Source: Botryllus schlosseri
Lineage: Eukaryota
Direction of reading: 5' to 3'
Assembly (NCBI GenBank): GCA_051294905.1
Contig: CM119371.1
Span: 19,966,001-20,030,000 of the forward strand
Length of the DNA stretch: 64,000 nucleotides
In this document: piece by piece, positions 14,010 to 26,842 of the stretch
Position numbering within the stretch: the stretch's first letter is position 1
How the letters are laid out: each line of letters begins with the position of its first letter
The notes under the pieces: generated by a model
Database searches by the model: none
The model's input: only the letters and a program-made list of their open reading frames with translations
Told to the model about the DNA's origin: nothing
Position numbers and translations under genes: made by a program

Positions 14010-14603
14010 ATGAAAAAATCGGATACAGCTCCAAAATATGGCCCTGAAAAATGCCCGGCATTTTTACACCTACCTTGGCTAGGTAACGTGTCTAGCCGAT
14101 TTGAAAAGCTTATTAAATCGGCTGTCCACCGTTGCTATTACAGCGTTAACACGCATGTAGTGTACACGACGAAACCCTTGTTACCCAACTCTCGAAAAGA
14201 TGTACTTCCTGCCTTTGATGCAAGTAATGTTGTTTACCAATGCAAGTGCCACTGTGATAGTAGGTATGTAGGACGTACATCTCAAAGATTGTTTGAGCGT
14301 ATTAAGCAGCATATCCCAAAATTGATTCGGTCAAAAACATGCGCAAATGATCGCACGGAGCTCGCACGTCAGTGCAAATTGGCTGCAAAAACAGACTGCT
14401 ATGATGATTACCAAGCATATGCTTCGTCAATCGGTCAGCATCTGAGCGAAAACCTTGCCTGTGCACAGCACTATGATGACAATATGTTCACTGTCATTGC
14501 GCGTGGTAGGTCTGTGTTTCATTTAAAAGTGTTGGAGTCTACTATTATTCAGTTGAGCAAACCTATTTTATGTAGACAGAAAGATTTCCTCTATAACCTA
14601 TAA
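14010..14603 (+). CDS. Penelope-like element linker plus GIY-YIG endonuclease, 5'-truncated (RT absent)
   Basis: LHLPWLG (end of the RT thumb), NVVY-x-C-x-C...YVGRT-x-QRL-x-ERIKQH, SSIGQHL, LKVLES...LCRQK: typical PLE GIY-YIG motifs. Confidence 0.85.
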   Translation: MKKSDTAPKYGPEKCPAFLHLPWLGNVSSRFEKLIKSAVHRCYYSVNTHVVYTTKPLLPNSRKDVLPAFDASNVVYQCKCHCDSRYVGRTSQRLFERIKQHIPKLIRSKTCANDRTELARQCKLAAKTDCYDDYQAYASSIGQHLSENLACAQHYDDNMFTVIARGRSVFHLKVLESTIIQLSKPILCRQKDFLYNL

Positions 14604-14815
14604 ATTTCTCATTAGTGCGTGTTGTTCCGTGCGTGTAATTGTTTATTTACAAATTGTGCTGCTACTATAGTACCGTATGTCCGTATACTTCGTAGTTTGT
14701 TATTGTTGCCATTGATACAATGCGAATTTCATGGTCTGTGATTTTGATTGTTGCGTCATACTTTGCCTTTTTGGTTTTGCTTTTAAATCTGTTTAAATCC
14801 CTTCAGTGTGCCGAT

Positions 14816-14852
14816 AACTCTTGAAAAGAGGCACCCGAAAAGTCTTCGAGTT
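14816..14852 (+). ncRNA. Minimal type I hammerhead ribozyme, core variant U3-A8, in the PLE pLTR
   Basis: AACTC-TTGAAAA-GAGGCACCC-GAAA-AGTCT-TC-GAGTT: stem I AACTC/GAGTT, core UUGAAAA in place of CUGANGA, then GAAA and UH=UC. It lies downstream of the GIY-YIG ORF, like the canonical copies. Confidence 0.6.
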
Positions 14853-15698
14853 TAATAAATATACTGCTACAATGGATGTTGTATTGAAAGCTATATTCAA
14901 GTTCTGTACCACGAACCAGCTATTTAATCAACACAAACAATATTATTTTTAGGCAGATTTATGCTACATGAAATTCTTCTTCGCGCGGCGCGCGATTTAG
15001 TATCACATTTATTGGTTTTAATATGGGGACTACTACCCTCGCAAAAACTGCGATCAAAAATAAATAACAATAGCATTCATTACAGAAAGAAGTCTAATTG
15101 TAATCGCAATTACAAGATAACAGTATATTCACAGAGTCGGTTTAGGCCGTTTCGATGCTTTATTCGTAAACCTGTGGGTAGTTTTCCGTTATTATGGGGT
15201 TCGCGAAGATGTTGAACGTAATCAGCTTCAAAAATAGGCCATGAGTAAGTCTGGGTAAATGTGCCGACCTTTAATTAGTTATCAGCTTATCAGATTCTGA
15301 GCTGGCCACGGAATATGCTCAAATTTGAAATGGAGTCGCGACCATTGAAGGCTGGGAACCACCGGATGTGCGGTGTTTATATAGGTCAGTGGTGCATTGG
15401 GCACCGGCATTAGGCTGATAAATAATCTTATCAGTGTGACATGAACGATGTACAATTACGCTCCTTGCATTTTCGAAGTCACCATCCTCCACCAGCTCTA
15501 CCGCTAACTCTAATCATGTCGGAGGAGAGAGGATCAAATTATATAGTAATATACGGAAGAACCAATATTATTGACATAATTCAATAAAATCATTAGACAA
15601 CCAGATGCATATAGAAACCAGATGCATATAGTAACCCCCCAGAAGTTGCATTGATTACCCTACGGCGGGCCCAAGATCAGTGTTTATTTGGGCATGAG

Positions 15699-15905
15699 CA
15701 CTGTAAACGAAAATGGTGTGTTTTCGCAATTCACACCTTAGCGTAGGGTGTGTTTTGAGTAATCACACCTATTGGGTACTAAATTTGTCATTTACACCTA
15801 AGCTAGTGGTTGGGAATAAGCCGAATACACCCCTATGCACACATACCATAAAATACACACCCCAAGCATTGGCATTTGGGGTGAATTGTTAGAGATTACA
15901 CCTTT
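15699..15905. mobile_element. Possible CACTA/CMC-type element left end
   Basis: Starts CACTGTAAAC, followed by repeated ACACC/GGTGT subterminal motifs. No matching right end was found. Confidence 0.3.
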
Positions 15906-16701
15906 TGTCAGACAAATATGAAGTTTGGGATTCAATCCGCGCTAACCGCTTCCCCAAAACTTGACTGTTGAAGTTTTAAGTCGGTGTCGGTCAGAAGCCT
16001 GGTTAAACAGGCAGGGGTGCGGCAAGTCTGCATTCTTGTTAAAAATACAGTCGAATCACTGTACTGATCACTGTATGGGCACCTGAGAACGTCTCTGCTG
16101 TGTCTAACTGTAGGTCGTGTAGGACATATTCTCTTTGTGGTTGAATTATCCACCGAAATGCGTGTTTTCGCCCACTTTATTGTTGTGCGTATATTCAAGG
16201 CTTCTTGGGTAGGCTTAGGTAATGTTGCATTGTTCAGTTTTTATGGATTTAACCCGGTTCGATCAAGTAAATTCACCTACGCATATAGCTTCAGTGACAA
16301 ATAAGCATTCGTTGTATTAGTTCGTGTGCTACATCGACATGAATGAATAATAGCTAAGACCGCAATATCACACATCACATCACACATCGCAATTCGCATT
16401 TATCGTACACTGCGGTACTCGTGCTTTGGCTGAAATTTCACCCTGGCTACTATAGTGTGACCGATGTATCTCAAGTGTGTGGCAAAAATACGACACATTA
16501 TGAAGTTGCCACGATATTGGTTTATAATTTCTTTCATGCCACGTCAAATGCACAATTGTACGTTTATGTACAAAATATATCGGGCCTATTCCGCACGGCA
16601 TTAGTGTATAACCACAGTATAATGCAGGTTAAGGGTATTCAGAGCTGGGAATACTAGAAGGAGTTAAATTTCAGCCACAAACTTACGTGAGCAGTACGCA
16701 A

Positions 16702-17684
16702 TAGGGATGGTGTGAACCTCTGAAAGGTTCAGGTTCGTGTGAACGCGAACCTTTTTGAAAGGTTCTGTGTGAACACGAACGTGAACTTCATGACGTCACG
16801 TGACGTCATATTGCTATTTCCAAGCAAATCAATGAAATGATAGCCTATATTAATGTACACGATACCTAGCGACGACTCATGCAGGCCACATCAAACTCCA
16901 TGTTGGCGTTTTCAACGTCGCTAAATGTATCAACTGAGGCAATCAAAGGATATAATAGGCTTACTCCTATAAAATCAATATCTTCTGTCCCTTTGCCAAC
17001 AATTTCAACGAGGACTTACCAGGGAATATAAGCTTACGCCTTAACGGTTTAGGCCAGACCGGACAATGTGTTCGGCGTTTGAGTATTGCTACATTAATAT
17101 TGAGCAGAGTGTAAAGCAGATTTCTATACTTGCTACCGATATTACCCCATTAACAAGTTATACAGCAGTAGCCAACACCTCAATCGCAAGGATTTGGTTT
17201 TAATGATGCAGTAAAGTTATGAAGTCAAGATTGACCTCGTACGCCAGCTAGATTTTTTGCACCAGAAAACGACATCACTCTCAATGATTGGTTGAATAAG
17301 CATCATTCGCTGACTACGTATTTCAATCGTGATGTTGTGTGATTGCGGGTCAAACTCATAGCAGAGAGTCACTAAATATTCACAAACGGAAAGCTGGATA
17401 TTTCGAGCAAACTTTTGTAACCAAGCAAGCATAACTTTTGAGATTGTCAAGGTGCATGCTCGTTTAGTGTTAATTTTTAATGCTGCCAGCGCCATGCAAA
17501 GAGTGGGCCGCAGTTGAAATGCAATAAACATGAACCAAAGATGTTATAATGAAGTGAAAATTATAATATATGAAAAGGTTCACAGTGCAGAACCTACCAA
17601 GGTTCTGTTGTGAACGCGAACCTCTAAATTTCCGAGGTTCACACACAGAACGCGAACGTGAACCTCATGTTCACACCATCCCTA
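16702..17684. mobile_element. hAT MITE with GTGAAC subterminal repeats
   Basis: 16-bp TIR TAGGGATGGTGTGAAC; perfect TSD GTACGCAA; second copy inverted at 45563-46353. Confidence 0.9.
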
Positions 17685-18210
17685 GTACGCAATATGGGCG
17701 TAGCAAGAATTCAAATTAGAATGGGACACGAGGTTACGTCACGGAACAATCCTTGCATTGGGCGAAAGGGGGACTAAATTATGGCATAGTTTCCTGGTTA
17801 TTTTCACATCTATATTGTTGTGTTATTCACTATTTGGTAGCTTTATGAATTGCACATTAAGCCTAACCGACATACAGCTTTCGGATCGTATCAATGGTTC
17901 GATCTATGAAGATAAATCTAGTACTGCCAGACTTTTTTAAAGGTCAACTGCATCTTCAAAAAGACTTTTGCTTATTTCATACATTATGTCGCTAGCAATA
18001 TGAATAAAATAATAAAAATTGTAATTTCTGCATAATTTTGAAGTAATTTAAATTATAAATCGAAAAGCCAAAAAACGGAAACGAAACCATTCAGCCATGA
18101 AATGACGTCATGTAACTGACACAGCAGAAGTCTTGATACCTGGTTTGCATAAGGTTATCCCTGTTGCTGTGGATTTGAGTATTTCAGTGTGATCATGAAA
18201 GCTGTTAAGA

Positions 18211-18549
18211 AGATGAGGAATGGAGGTAGACGTTATGTCGCGTATGGCTGCTACAATACGCAATATGCGGTACTCAAAGTGTCCATACATCGCTTTCACA
18301 AGCCATATGCCGGCAGCCGACCGGACGCCTATAGCTGAACCGTGCGGAACACCGTGAAGACCAAAATTGCGCACAGAATCATATTTATGCGCGGATCACT
18401 TCCAACCATCTTGCTTCAATGAAGTATCCGAGATACACAAGCTAGTTGACTACCGAACACAGGCAACTATCGCATGTACTCCCGTCCACACTTTATTTTC
18501 ACGGAGGAATACCGGTACTCCTCTGAAGCTACGTACTGTCCGAAATCGG
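18211..18549 (+). pseudogene. Decayed THAP-domain exon (transposon-derived, possibly Kolobok-like)
   Basis: RYVAYGCYNT...VSIHRF in one frame and SYLCADHF in another match the THAP signature. First Cys lost, frameshift and stop present; GTAAG donor near 18549. Confidence 0.55.
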
Positions 18550-20242
18550 TAAGTGAAAATGTATTGAGTCAGCTAGTACTATAAGAATGTAACTAACCGT
18601 TTCTATTAGTATTGACTGTGGTGGTAATGAAAGTAGTTATTGTTTGCACTCAAGTAGGCCTATACATGTAGAATTAAGTATATGCCTTCAAAAACTTTTG
18701 AAGTGGAAGTATTCTAAAATTAAGCCACTTCACTCATTGAATGAAGTAGTGGCATTAGTTACTGAAAAGGGAGTATGTAACCAGCTGACTGCATGACCTG
18801 ATGGTTACATCGCTGACCACCTTTTATGGACTCTGTGGATAATTGAAAAGGACGCGACTCGAGCCAAAACTATAGAAGTGAGATTGACTTGTGACTCTGA
18901 AATTTGCGACTTGGCTACAACCCTGATAAAATCATAGACTGATGAAGCTGTAGCCAATGAGTCAGGAAGCCTGCTTATCATGTAAGCAGCAAAAGCAACA
19001 AGATATTACCGATGATCCATTACTATATCGTAATCTATGTCCCTCTCAAGATGTTGGCAGCTCAGCGGAGATGAGAAAGTACCAGTATCACCATAACTGT
19101 CGTAAAGTACTGTGTTAACTGTTCAAAACAACCCTTATAAGATTTCACCATATTCACAAGCCATACGCATCATTGTAGGATGCAGTTCGCAATCCTTTAT
19201 TTATTGATACTTAAAAATACAACGTTTGGAATACTGCCTTCAATCTGACTGTGTTATACCACCTTGTGATATTTTTTTGCCTTCTCTAGATTACTGCAAT
19301 GAAGAAGTCAATGCACTCATCAAAACAAGACCAGGAACGGCATAGTTCATCAATTTTATTTGAGTAGCGGCATCGTCAAAATTAGCTCGGATGCTGGACA
19401 CAAAACCCGATATATTTCTCTTCCTGATGCAGTAGCAGTGTTGATGGATTAGTTTGTTGCGTTTACTATTTTCAATAAAACTATTTTCATTCACAATGCA
19501 GCATTTCAAAATTGAAATCCTTTGAAACTACTGGATGTGACTTTTGATCGGATGGCAGTAACGACATGCGCAGGCAGGATTTTCCGTGTTGTTTTCTGCA
19601 GAATCCCCATAGCAATCGGACGAAATTCCTGTGCAGTGTTTCTCAGCTTCCTGAAAAGTGTAGTTGTGTTAGGAAATTACTTGGCAACAGACTCGCAGTT
19701 TCATCTCAATGAGGCTCATTCACTCATGCATCAAACTAGATGTTATAATTCTGTGGCCATAATCCAGTTCATATCTATAGTAAGACATCTTCAATGCATC
19801 ACCATCCCAACAAGCTGATTGAAATCATGGTAATGCTGTGATTCACTCTTATTCTGTCAGCACAAACTCTCCCTGATAGTTGGCATTTAAGCTGGCAACC
19901 TCCATATTAACGCCTGTGATTGATTGTAGCAAGATTCCTAATTGAAACGAGGTAATCCACCAAATTATACATGGGCTGCTACCATACTGCATTTCATTTA
20001 GCTTTTATACGCTGATCACACTACAGATTACCAACCGACCCATCATTATACGCAGCTGATAGAGGTTCCACTGATGTGGGATCGAGCGAATCACCACCTG
20101 AACCGCGTCCGCATTTCATACTTACATTCAAGTACTCAGACTCAGTTTTAACACCATACAAGCGAGTCCTTCGCCATACAACTAACTCAAATATTCGCCC
20201 AGCGTCTTGGCGAACACACATATCCGCTGTGGTGAGAATAGA

Positions 20243-20940
20243 CAGGGCCGTAACAGCACTTCGCCAGCCCCCCCCAAAAAACTTTGGTCGTGGGCCCCCC
20301 ATAGGGTTATAGACCGAACGTCTGGGGGGCTTCGCCCCCAAGACCCCCCTCCAGCGATACCCTGTTTACCGCTATTTATGATGTGCGTTGGGAGTTTGTG
20401 TAGTGAAGCAGCTTTTGTCGCCTAAGCGCGCGAAGCGCGGGAAATTTCTAGAATTCATGACTAAATCGGTCAGTATGATCGGGAATTGCATATATATTGT
20501 TATCAATTTTCATCTTCTCTCTGCTCACGTAATCGGATTTGCCGGTAGAGCTGAGTGAGGTGTGTTTGAAAAGGTAGGACCACTCAATAATAATTAAACA
20601 TCTTCGGGCGTATACCCGTTGGTAGGGACGAAACAGCACCTCGTCAGGCCCCCCAAAACGTGGGTCTTGGGCTCCCATAGGGTGATGAAACGACCCCTCC
20701 ATCACGTTGTTCGCGTTTGTCACGAAATCATCTGTACTGTATTGTGAGTCAGCGCGAAGCGCGAAAATTTTCGATAATTAATGATAAAATCGGTCAATCA
20801 GATCGGCGATTGCATATATATTATGCTATCAATTTATTGCCCTCTCTACTCACGTAATTAGATTTACCGGTAGAGCTGAGTGAAGTGTCTTGAAAACGGG
20901 AGGGCCCGTAACTAATAATCAAACATCTTCGGGCGGGCGG
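20243..20940. repeat. Tandem dimer (~320-380 bp units) of a MITE-like left end
   Basis: Units start cagggccgtaacagcac (20243) and tagggacgaaacagcac (20622). Both contain gcgcgaagcgcg...ctcacgtaat...ccggtagagctgagtga...aaacatcttcgggcg. Confidence 0.7.
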
Positions 20941-23900
20941 ACCCGTTGATATGACTTCGTTACATGATGTTATTTCATGACTTCCAGTCTCCCAGTAAAC
21001 ACAGTACAGACCAAAGATGTAGAAAGCCGAGCCCGATATAGTAGATATGAGATCTCGGCAGGTCGTAGAAAGGGGGATTTTGTGTCGACTCAATTCAATG
21101 TCTTTTCCATGTCCTTCAATAATGTAAATATTATGCAGATGCTACAGCCTTTAAACATGGTGAGTAGAATGTAGATCCTACATTAAAAGAATATCCTGAT
21201 ATAATAACCTGTTTTCTACCACTGGGCATAACCTGATCACCGCTGCGTACACACACACACACACCCCATTATCTACTACATATTAATCACATTTGCGGTA
21301 ATTTAATTCAAAACGAATTGGCAAGTAAATAATGCCGGTGTAAAAATTGAAACGAACGAAATTACTTGTAGGGCCAAGTAGCAATGAATGAAACTATGAG
21401 AACAGTCAGTAATCAGAAGGTTTCATCGTCTGATGATGATAATCCCTCTGGCGTTTTCTTTTCAACACCCTGTAAAATAAAATGAAAATGACGATTATTA
21501 GCTAAGACATTCGTACTGCGAAAATGGCAGAGGTAGCGAGTAACGAATGACTCCTACATTTTTTTCACCCATACTTACTAAAATGGATTTGATTCTGGAC
21601 TATTTCCACTCAAGTTTTCAAGTTTTTATTATTATATTTTTTATTATTATATGACTAGAGAACTGACTTCAATCGCCACTTCTACTTGATTATCAAGATC
21701 GCCACTAACACAAAAAGAATTTTTGACTAAAATTTCTTCACATTCTGTCAAAAATGATCAATTCAACAATCCAAATGAATCAGTTATTTCACTTATTTGG
21801 CAGCTAGTTGGAGAGATATATACTCAAGTCTAGAAAGTGGAGTGATACTCTGCCCGGAAAGCTGAAGACCTAACAATATTGTGTACAGAGAACAAAACAT
21901 TTGAGTGGCGGCACTGGTATAGACATTAACAAATTATTAGAATTGACAGCAAGATAACCAGCAAGACATTAAAATGAGAATTAGTGCAGTTTCTTAGGCT
22001 GTAGTGATACTCAGCCAGTAATTGACCTAGCAGAGAGCAAAACGTTGTAAAAAAAGCGAGCGAAACCTCCGGCAAATGATACGATAAAACATTAGAATCG
22101 ACAGTCTTACTAGAAGCAGAATAACAATCATGAGGGGTTAGAGAACAGAAGCCTGGGAAGTGACCATCGGAAATTACTGCATACTGGCCGAACAAATCCA
22201 TGACCACTAACAAATGGTCTTTTAATAGTCAATATTGATACCAAATGACACCACCCCTATTTCACCGCAACATTTAGCAAATACAGCGCTGGAGTCAACT
22301 TATAAAGCGCTAACCAAACGCCCATTAGTTTTCGCACCTACTACTTCGCGCTTCGCGGATGGAAATACGCATTAAAGCGAATGGACGCGACTTGTCACAC
22401 TCTTGCTATTTCTGCTCCCTTTTTCTCTTCCTTACTCTTGAGGAGAGAAACAGTCGGCCGCGTTTACGGATCGTGAATTCCCGGCTTAAGGGTGATTCTT
22501 CCTCCAATGGTCAGCACCTTGAAAATTGAGAACAATGTTGTTGCAAAATGCATGACAATTTGAAAGTTACATCATTCTAATTATTCCAGTTATGGCCGTG
22601 AATCGTTACAAGTGCGGTAACCATAAGAATTATTACTATACTTCAACTACAAATACAATATATTGTATAAAATAATTACTAATTCTTTTACGTTAATCGA
22701 GTCCCAAATGGATGAAATATGTCAAAGAATTTGCTAAATTTTTTCGTATAATTTGACAGATTCCGAAATCTTCGCAAAGTGCACCTTTCAAAAATTTGAT
22801 ATCAAGACTCCCAACATTTTACAATTCGAAGTTGGATGGCTTAACCAATACAAGCGAGCAGTTTGTATCGCAATTGACAATTATGTTGAAAACGCTGCGA
22901 GACATGTGAGTAGGCCTACCCTAAAACGTTTCTCTGACATGGACATTAGGGCTCTTAAAAAATGACTTTTTTTCTCAAATCGTTCTTGCTACTTGATAAA
23001 ATTGTTAGGTTACCTAATTCAAGCCTACACACCAAATTTGGTTCAATTCCAACCAGTAGCCGCATTGCTACAGGAAAAGAAAGTTTCTATTTATTATATA
23101 AAAATAAATAGAAAAAATTTGAAAATTTTCTGTTCACCCCATGAAAGTGTTAGGTTATGTATAGAAACGATGTTCATCAAATTTGGTTCGATTCAAACAA
23201 GTGGAAGTGGAGTTATTTCCATCGAAAAATTTGGATTTGAATAAAATAGTATTTACGGTGGGCTCCCCTATAATAAACTAATAAAGAATTGTGTCACGCT
23301 GTCATACTGTTTTACGCAACCGTTGTTATGCACTGCATTGTTGCTGTGTTCTGGCTCCATTGATGTTATTTCTAAATTCGACATTAATGCGTCATAATTG
23401 TCCATCTGGTTTTGAATTCAACTCTGTTTTGCTTCCTTTATGGTGCCGGTAGCTCTTTAATACGCACGCGAAAAGTTCTTCGGGTTTCAATAACGTTTAT
23501 CATGAAGGTACTTTTGAAAGCAGTATTAAAATTTTGTACCACCAACCAGTTATTTATTTACTATTTATCTTCAAAGTAAATGCTCATTGCATGAAGCAGG
23601 GTTGTAAGACTCGAGTCAGGATTTTCTGTTGACTCGACTTGACTCAGGTCATCTTCTCAAAGTACTGAAATGACTCGACTCATTGCGCATGACTTGAGAC
23701 TCAGACGGCCAAGACCGACATTTCATTATTATTTCAAAGAATAGTACAGCAAATCGCTATTGGGATTTCGTCTATTGATACTGGTATTTGAAAATGCGGC
23801 CAGAAACTGCTAAAAGTAAGGAAAATTCGTATATTATAAATGCGACCCACTCGATATCAAAAAAAATATATAAAAAGTCGGTTTAACAAGACTTAAATTG

Positions 23901-24407
23901 GAAACTGAGCAGCTAACACAATGACTCTGGCTCGAGTCATAATACCATAACTCGGACTCGGCCCTCTGCTCGCTGACTTGGACTCGGACTTGACTCGGTG
24001 GTGAATTGAAAATGACTCGAGTCAAAACTATAAAAGTGAGATTGACTTGCGACTTGGAGCCTTGTGTAACCGCTTGGCTCCGGAGCCATATTGACTCCGG
24101 ACTATCTGGTTGCAAGACCAGTCATGCGTAGGGTAACACAGGTATTGAAAAGAGGAAGTGATTGGAGTCTTTTGTATGTAGTTGGATTGGAGTTGGGTTC
24201 GGTATGGAGTTGGTCTTGGAGTATCTTTGTGTGGAGTTGTTACTGTGTTAAGTCTTGGATTGGATCGGAAGTATTGATGTGTTTATTGTGCCTGCCTTTG
24301 TTGTAATATATCCGTCGAATCTGCAATGTGTCTCTGGTTCCAGACGAACCTGAAGTAATATAGCCGCATTCAGTTAGATAGCGAAGACTACGACCGAACG
24401 GCTACAA

Positions 24408-25079
24408 ATGGCGAGCACGCAGCCTGATGCTGGATCCGGTAGAGAGATGCCGCTTGCAGTAGGAGACGGATGCGGTGGACTTGAAGCATGGCAGTTGTTA
24501 AAGAGGAAAGAAGAAGTTGCACTTGCACGGTTTTTTAACAAGTTAGCAAAAGGGATGCTTGGGAAGGAAGCGCGACAAATTGTGAAGTTATTGGACACTC
24601 GTGCTGTTGGGAAAATGGATCATGTGGCACGTGGTGACTTGGAACAGGTGTCGGTATGCTCGTCTGTTGGAAACTCTGTTGTTGATGTGACCTTGCAAGA
24701 GGAGGATTTTGAAAAACCGCATGTAGAGGAAATCGTTCATGATAATGTGTTGGCATATGAGAATAAAATAAATTCAGTGACTGAAGAGATTTTTACTGCA
24801 CCTGTTAATGATGATACTGATACTGATGATGATGATGATGATTGTCAAGGTGAAGAAAGAGGTGTGATGGAGGAACAATTGGCTGAAGATTGTGGAGGTG
24901 AAAGTGCTACAGTGGCTTCGTCAATTGGGAACATGGGCTTGGTTGGTCGAGAAGTAAATGTATTGGATATATTTGGTATTTTGAAGTTGTTGGTGGACTG
25001 TAAGCTGGCCATTGAACGTGTCAATGTGAATGTAGCGGAGCCGTCGCACCGTAAAGCTTTTACTTCGAGAGATATTTGA
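24408..25079 (+). CDS. Acidic 223-aa ORF inside the LTR element, function unknown
   Basis: The ATG overlaps the PBS. The product is D/E-rich with a poly-Asp tract. No gag CCHC, protease or RT motifs were recognised. Confidence 0.35.
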   Translation: MASTQPDAGSGREMPLAVGDGCGGLEAWQLLKRKEEVALARFFNKLAKGMLGKEARQIVKLLDTRAVGKMDHVARGDLEQVSVCSSVGNSVVDVTLQEEDFEKPHVEEIVHDNVLAYENKINSVTEEIFTAPVNDDTDTDDDDDDCQGEERGVMEEQLAEDCGGESATVASSIGNMGLVGREVNVLDIFGILKLLVDCKLAIERVNVNVAEPSHRKAFTSRDI

Positions 25080-25840
25080 GCGATATGATGGGTCATTGGG
25101 ATTCGACACCGGACTTGGACTACGCCCCTGATATTGAGATGTTTGAACTGTTATATTGATTTGATAATGAACTGCGATTGTTGATGGGTATTGACACCTC
25201 GTGTTTTTGTTTGTTGTTGGCTTGGTTTTTTGGCGCACGGTGTTATGTTGTGGGAAACTGTCTGTCGCAAATAGTTGCTTTTACGTTGTTGGTGGATTGA
25301 GTATGTTGTTTTGTATTTTGACAGTTGAGTGAACTTTTGAAGATATTGGGATGGCTGTCTTTACGTTGTTGGAGGATATTATGAAATTTTGTATTACTGG
25401 CGGTTGTAGGACGTTGTAACTGGTTTTGCATGATCATATTTCTTTGTACATATTCTTGCCACTTTTATACTTATTTTTTATTTGTGCTCCCTCTTGTCGC
25501 TTGTGAGTGATCTTTTACTACTAGATCACTCAACTTGGGAACGGGGATGTGTAACCGCTTGGCTCCGGAGCCATATTGACTCCGGACTATCTGGTTGCAA
25601 GACCAGTCATGCGTAGGGTAACATGCGGTATTGAAAAGAGGAAGTGATTGGAGTTAAGGGATCGCCAGACAGGACGCCTATTGCCGAAAACCTAACCTAT
25701 AGCCGAAGCGCATCGGTTTTCGGCTATCGGCAGGCTTTCGGCTGGCTTTCGGCTTTCCGCTTCATTGGTGTGTATCGGACCGCGTTTTCGCGGGCCGAAC
25801 AAAATATGGTTGCGATCAAAACATTGTTGACTGACTGGAA

Positions 25841-26698
25841 ATGGACGCGCAAGGAGCATTGGAAATGGACGTGGAGTTGGAGGACGGTGACATTGAGTCG
25901 TTATTGGCAGCAAGAATATCAAAGGGATTCCAAGAGAAGTGGGATTGTCCAATGTGCCTTGGTGCCATTGATGGAAAACATATTACCATTGAGGCCCCTG
26001 CCAAGTCGGGATCAGAATTTTATAACTACAAGGGAAATTATAGTATTGTGCTTCTCGCTGCATGTGACTCACAGCTTTGCTTCACTCTGGTAGACATAGG
26101 TGATTCGGGGAGACATAGTGATGGTGGCGTATTTTCGAATTCGACCTTCGGAAGTAAGTTCATGAATGGTCAACTAAATGTGCCTGATGATGGCTGCCTA
26201 CCTGGGACAGATGTACGTGTTCCCTACGTCATAGTTGGAGATGCGGCATTTCCATTCCGCAGGAATCTGATGAGACCCTATCCCGGCAAACAATTACCAT
26301 CGCACAAATCTATTTTCAATTACCGATTATCACGTGCACGGCGTGTCATTGAAAACGCATTTGGCGTGATGGCAGCGCGGTGGAGAGTGTTCCGGGGCAC
26401 CATTACTGCCGAGCCCAAACTTGCCACTGACATTACGAAAGCTGCATGTTGTTTGCACAACTTCTTGCAGCTAAGATCCTCGTGCACACTCTCAAACCTT
26501 GGCATCGCACCAGCCACTTCCAGTGATTTTGGAGGCCCTACAACCACTTCTCAAACCGGGACCACGTCTCGAACTGAGAGACTGGGGTCCAATATGTACA
26601 GCAACGAAGCAAAGGAGGTGAGGGAGAAATTTACCAATTACTTTATGAGCAATATTGGCAGAGTTGCATGGCAAGAAGCAGTGGTAAATCGCGTGTGA
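25841..26698 (+). CDS. Harbinger DDE transposase (HARBI1-like, DDE_Tnp_4), N-terminal HTH region missing
   Basis: CLGAIDGKH, FYNYKG, GRHSDGGVF, VIVGDAAFP, FNYRLSRARRVIENAFG, CCLHNF. Only ~35 aa precede the catalytic domain. Confidence 0.9.
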   Translation: MDAQGALEMDVELEDGDIESLLAARISKGFQEKWDCPMCLGAIDGKHITIEAPAKSGSEFYNYKGNYSIVLLAACDSQLCFTLVDIGDSGRHSDGGVFSNSTFGSKFMNGQLNVPDDGCLPGTDVRVPYVIVGDAAFPFRRNLMRPYPGKQLPSHKSIFNYRLSRARRVIENAFGVMAARWRVFRGTITAEPKLATDITKAACCLHNFLQLRSSCTLSNLGIAPATSSDFGGPTTTSQTGTTSRTERLGSNMYSNEAKEVREKFTNYFMSNIGRVAWQEAVVNRV

Positions 26699-26842
26699 GC
26701 TCATCGACTCTGGTGGACCACAAATCTGCTTTGGATATTCTGGGACCCCAAATCTGCTTTTGAATATATTGCTAGACGAAATGACACTATCCGATGTACA
26801 TTTGATTGTTAACCACTGTTCCAAAACATTAATATTCTTTCA

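Noticed and set aside
23450..23490. Further hammerhead-like motif in an old Penelope remnant (~23290-23560)
   Set aside because: GAAA...TC and a weak stem I remain, but the core (TTTAATA) is too degenerate to call.
25644..26824. Overlapping and antisense ORFs at 25644, 25692, 26320 and 26492
   Set aside because: Shadow frames of the Harbinger transposase and TIR.
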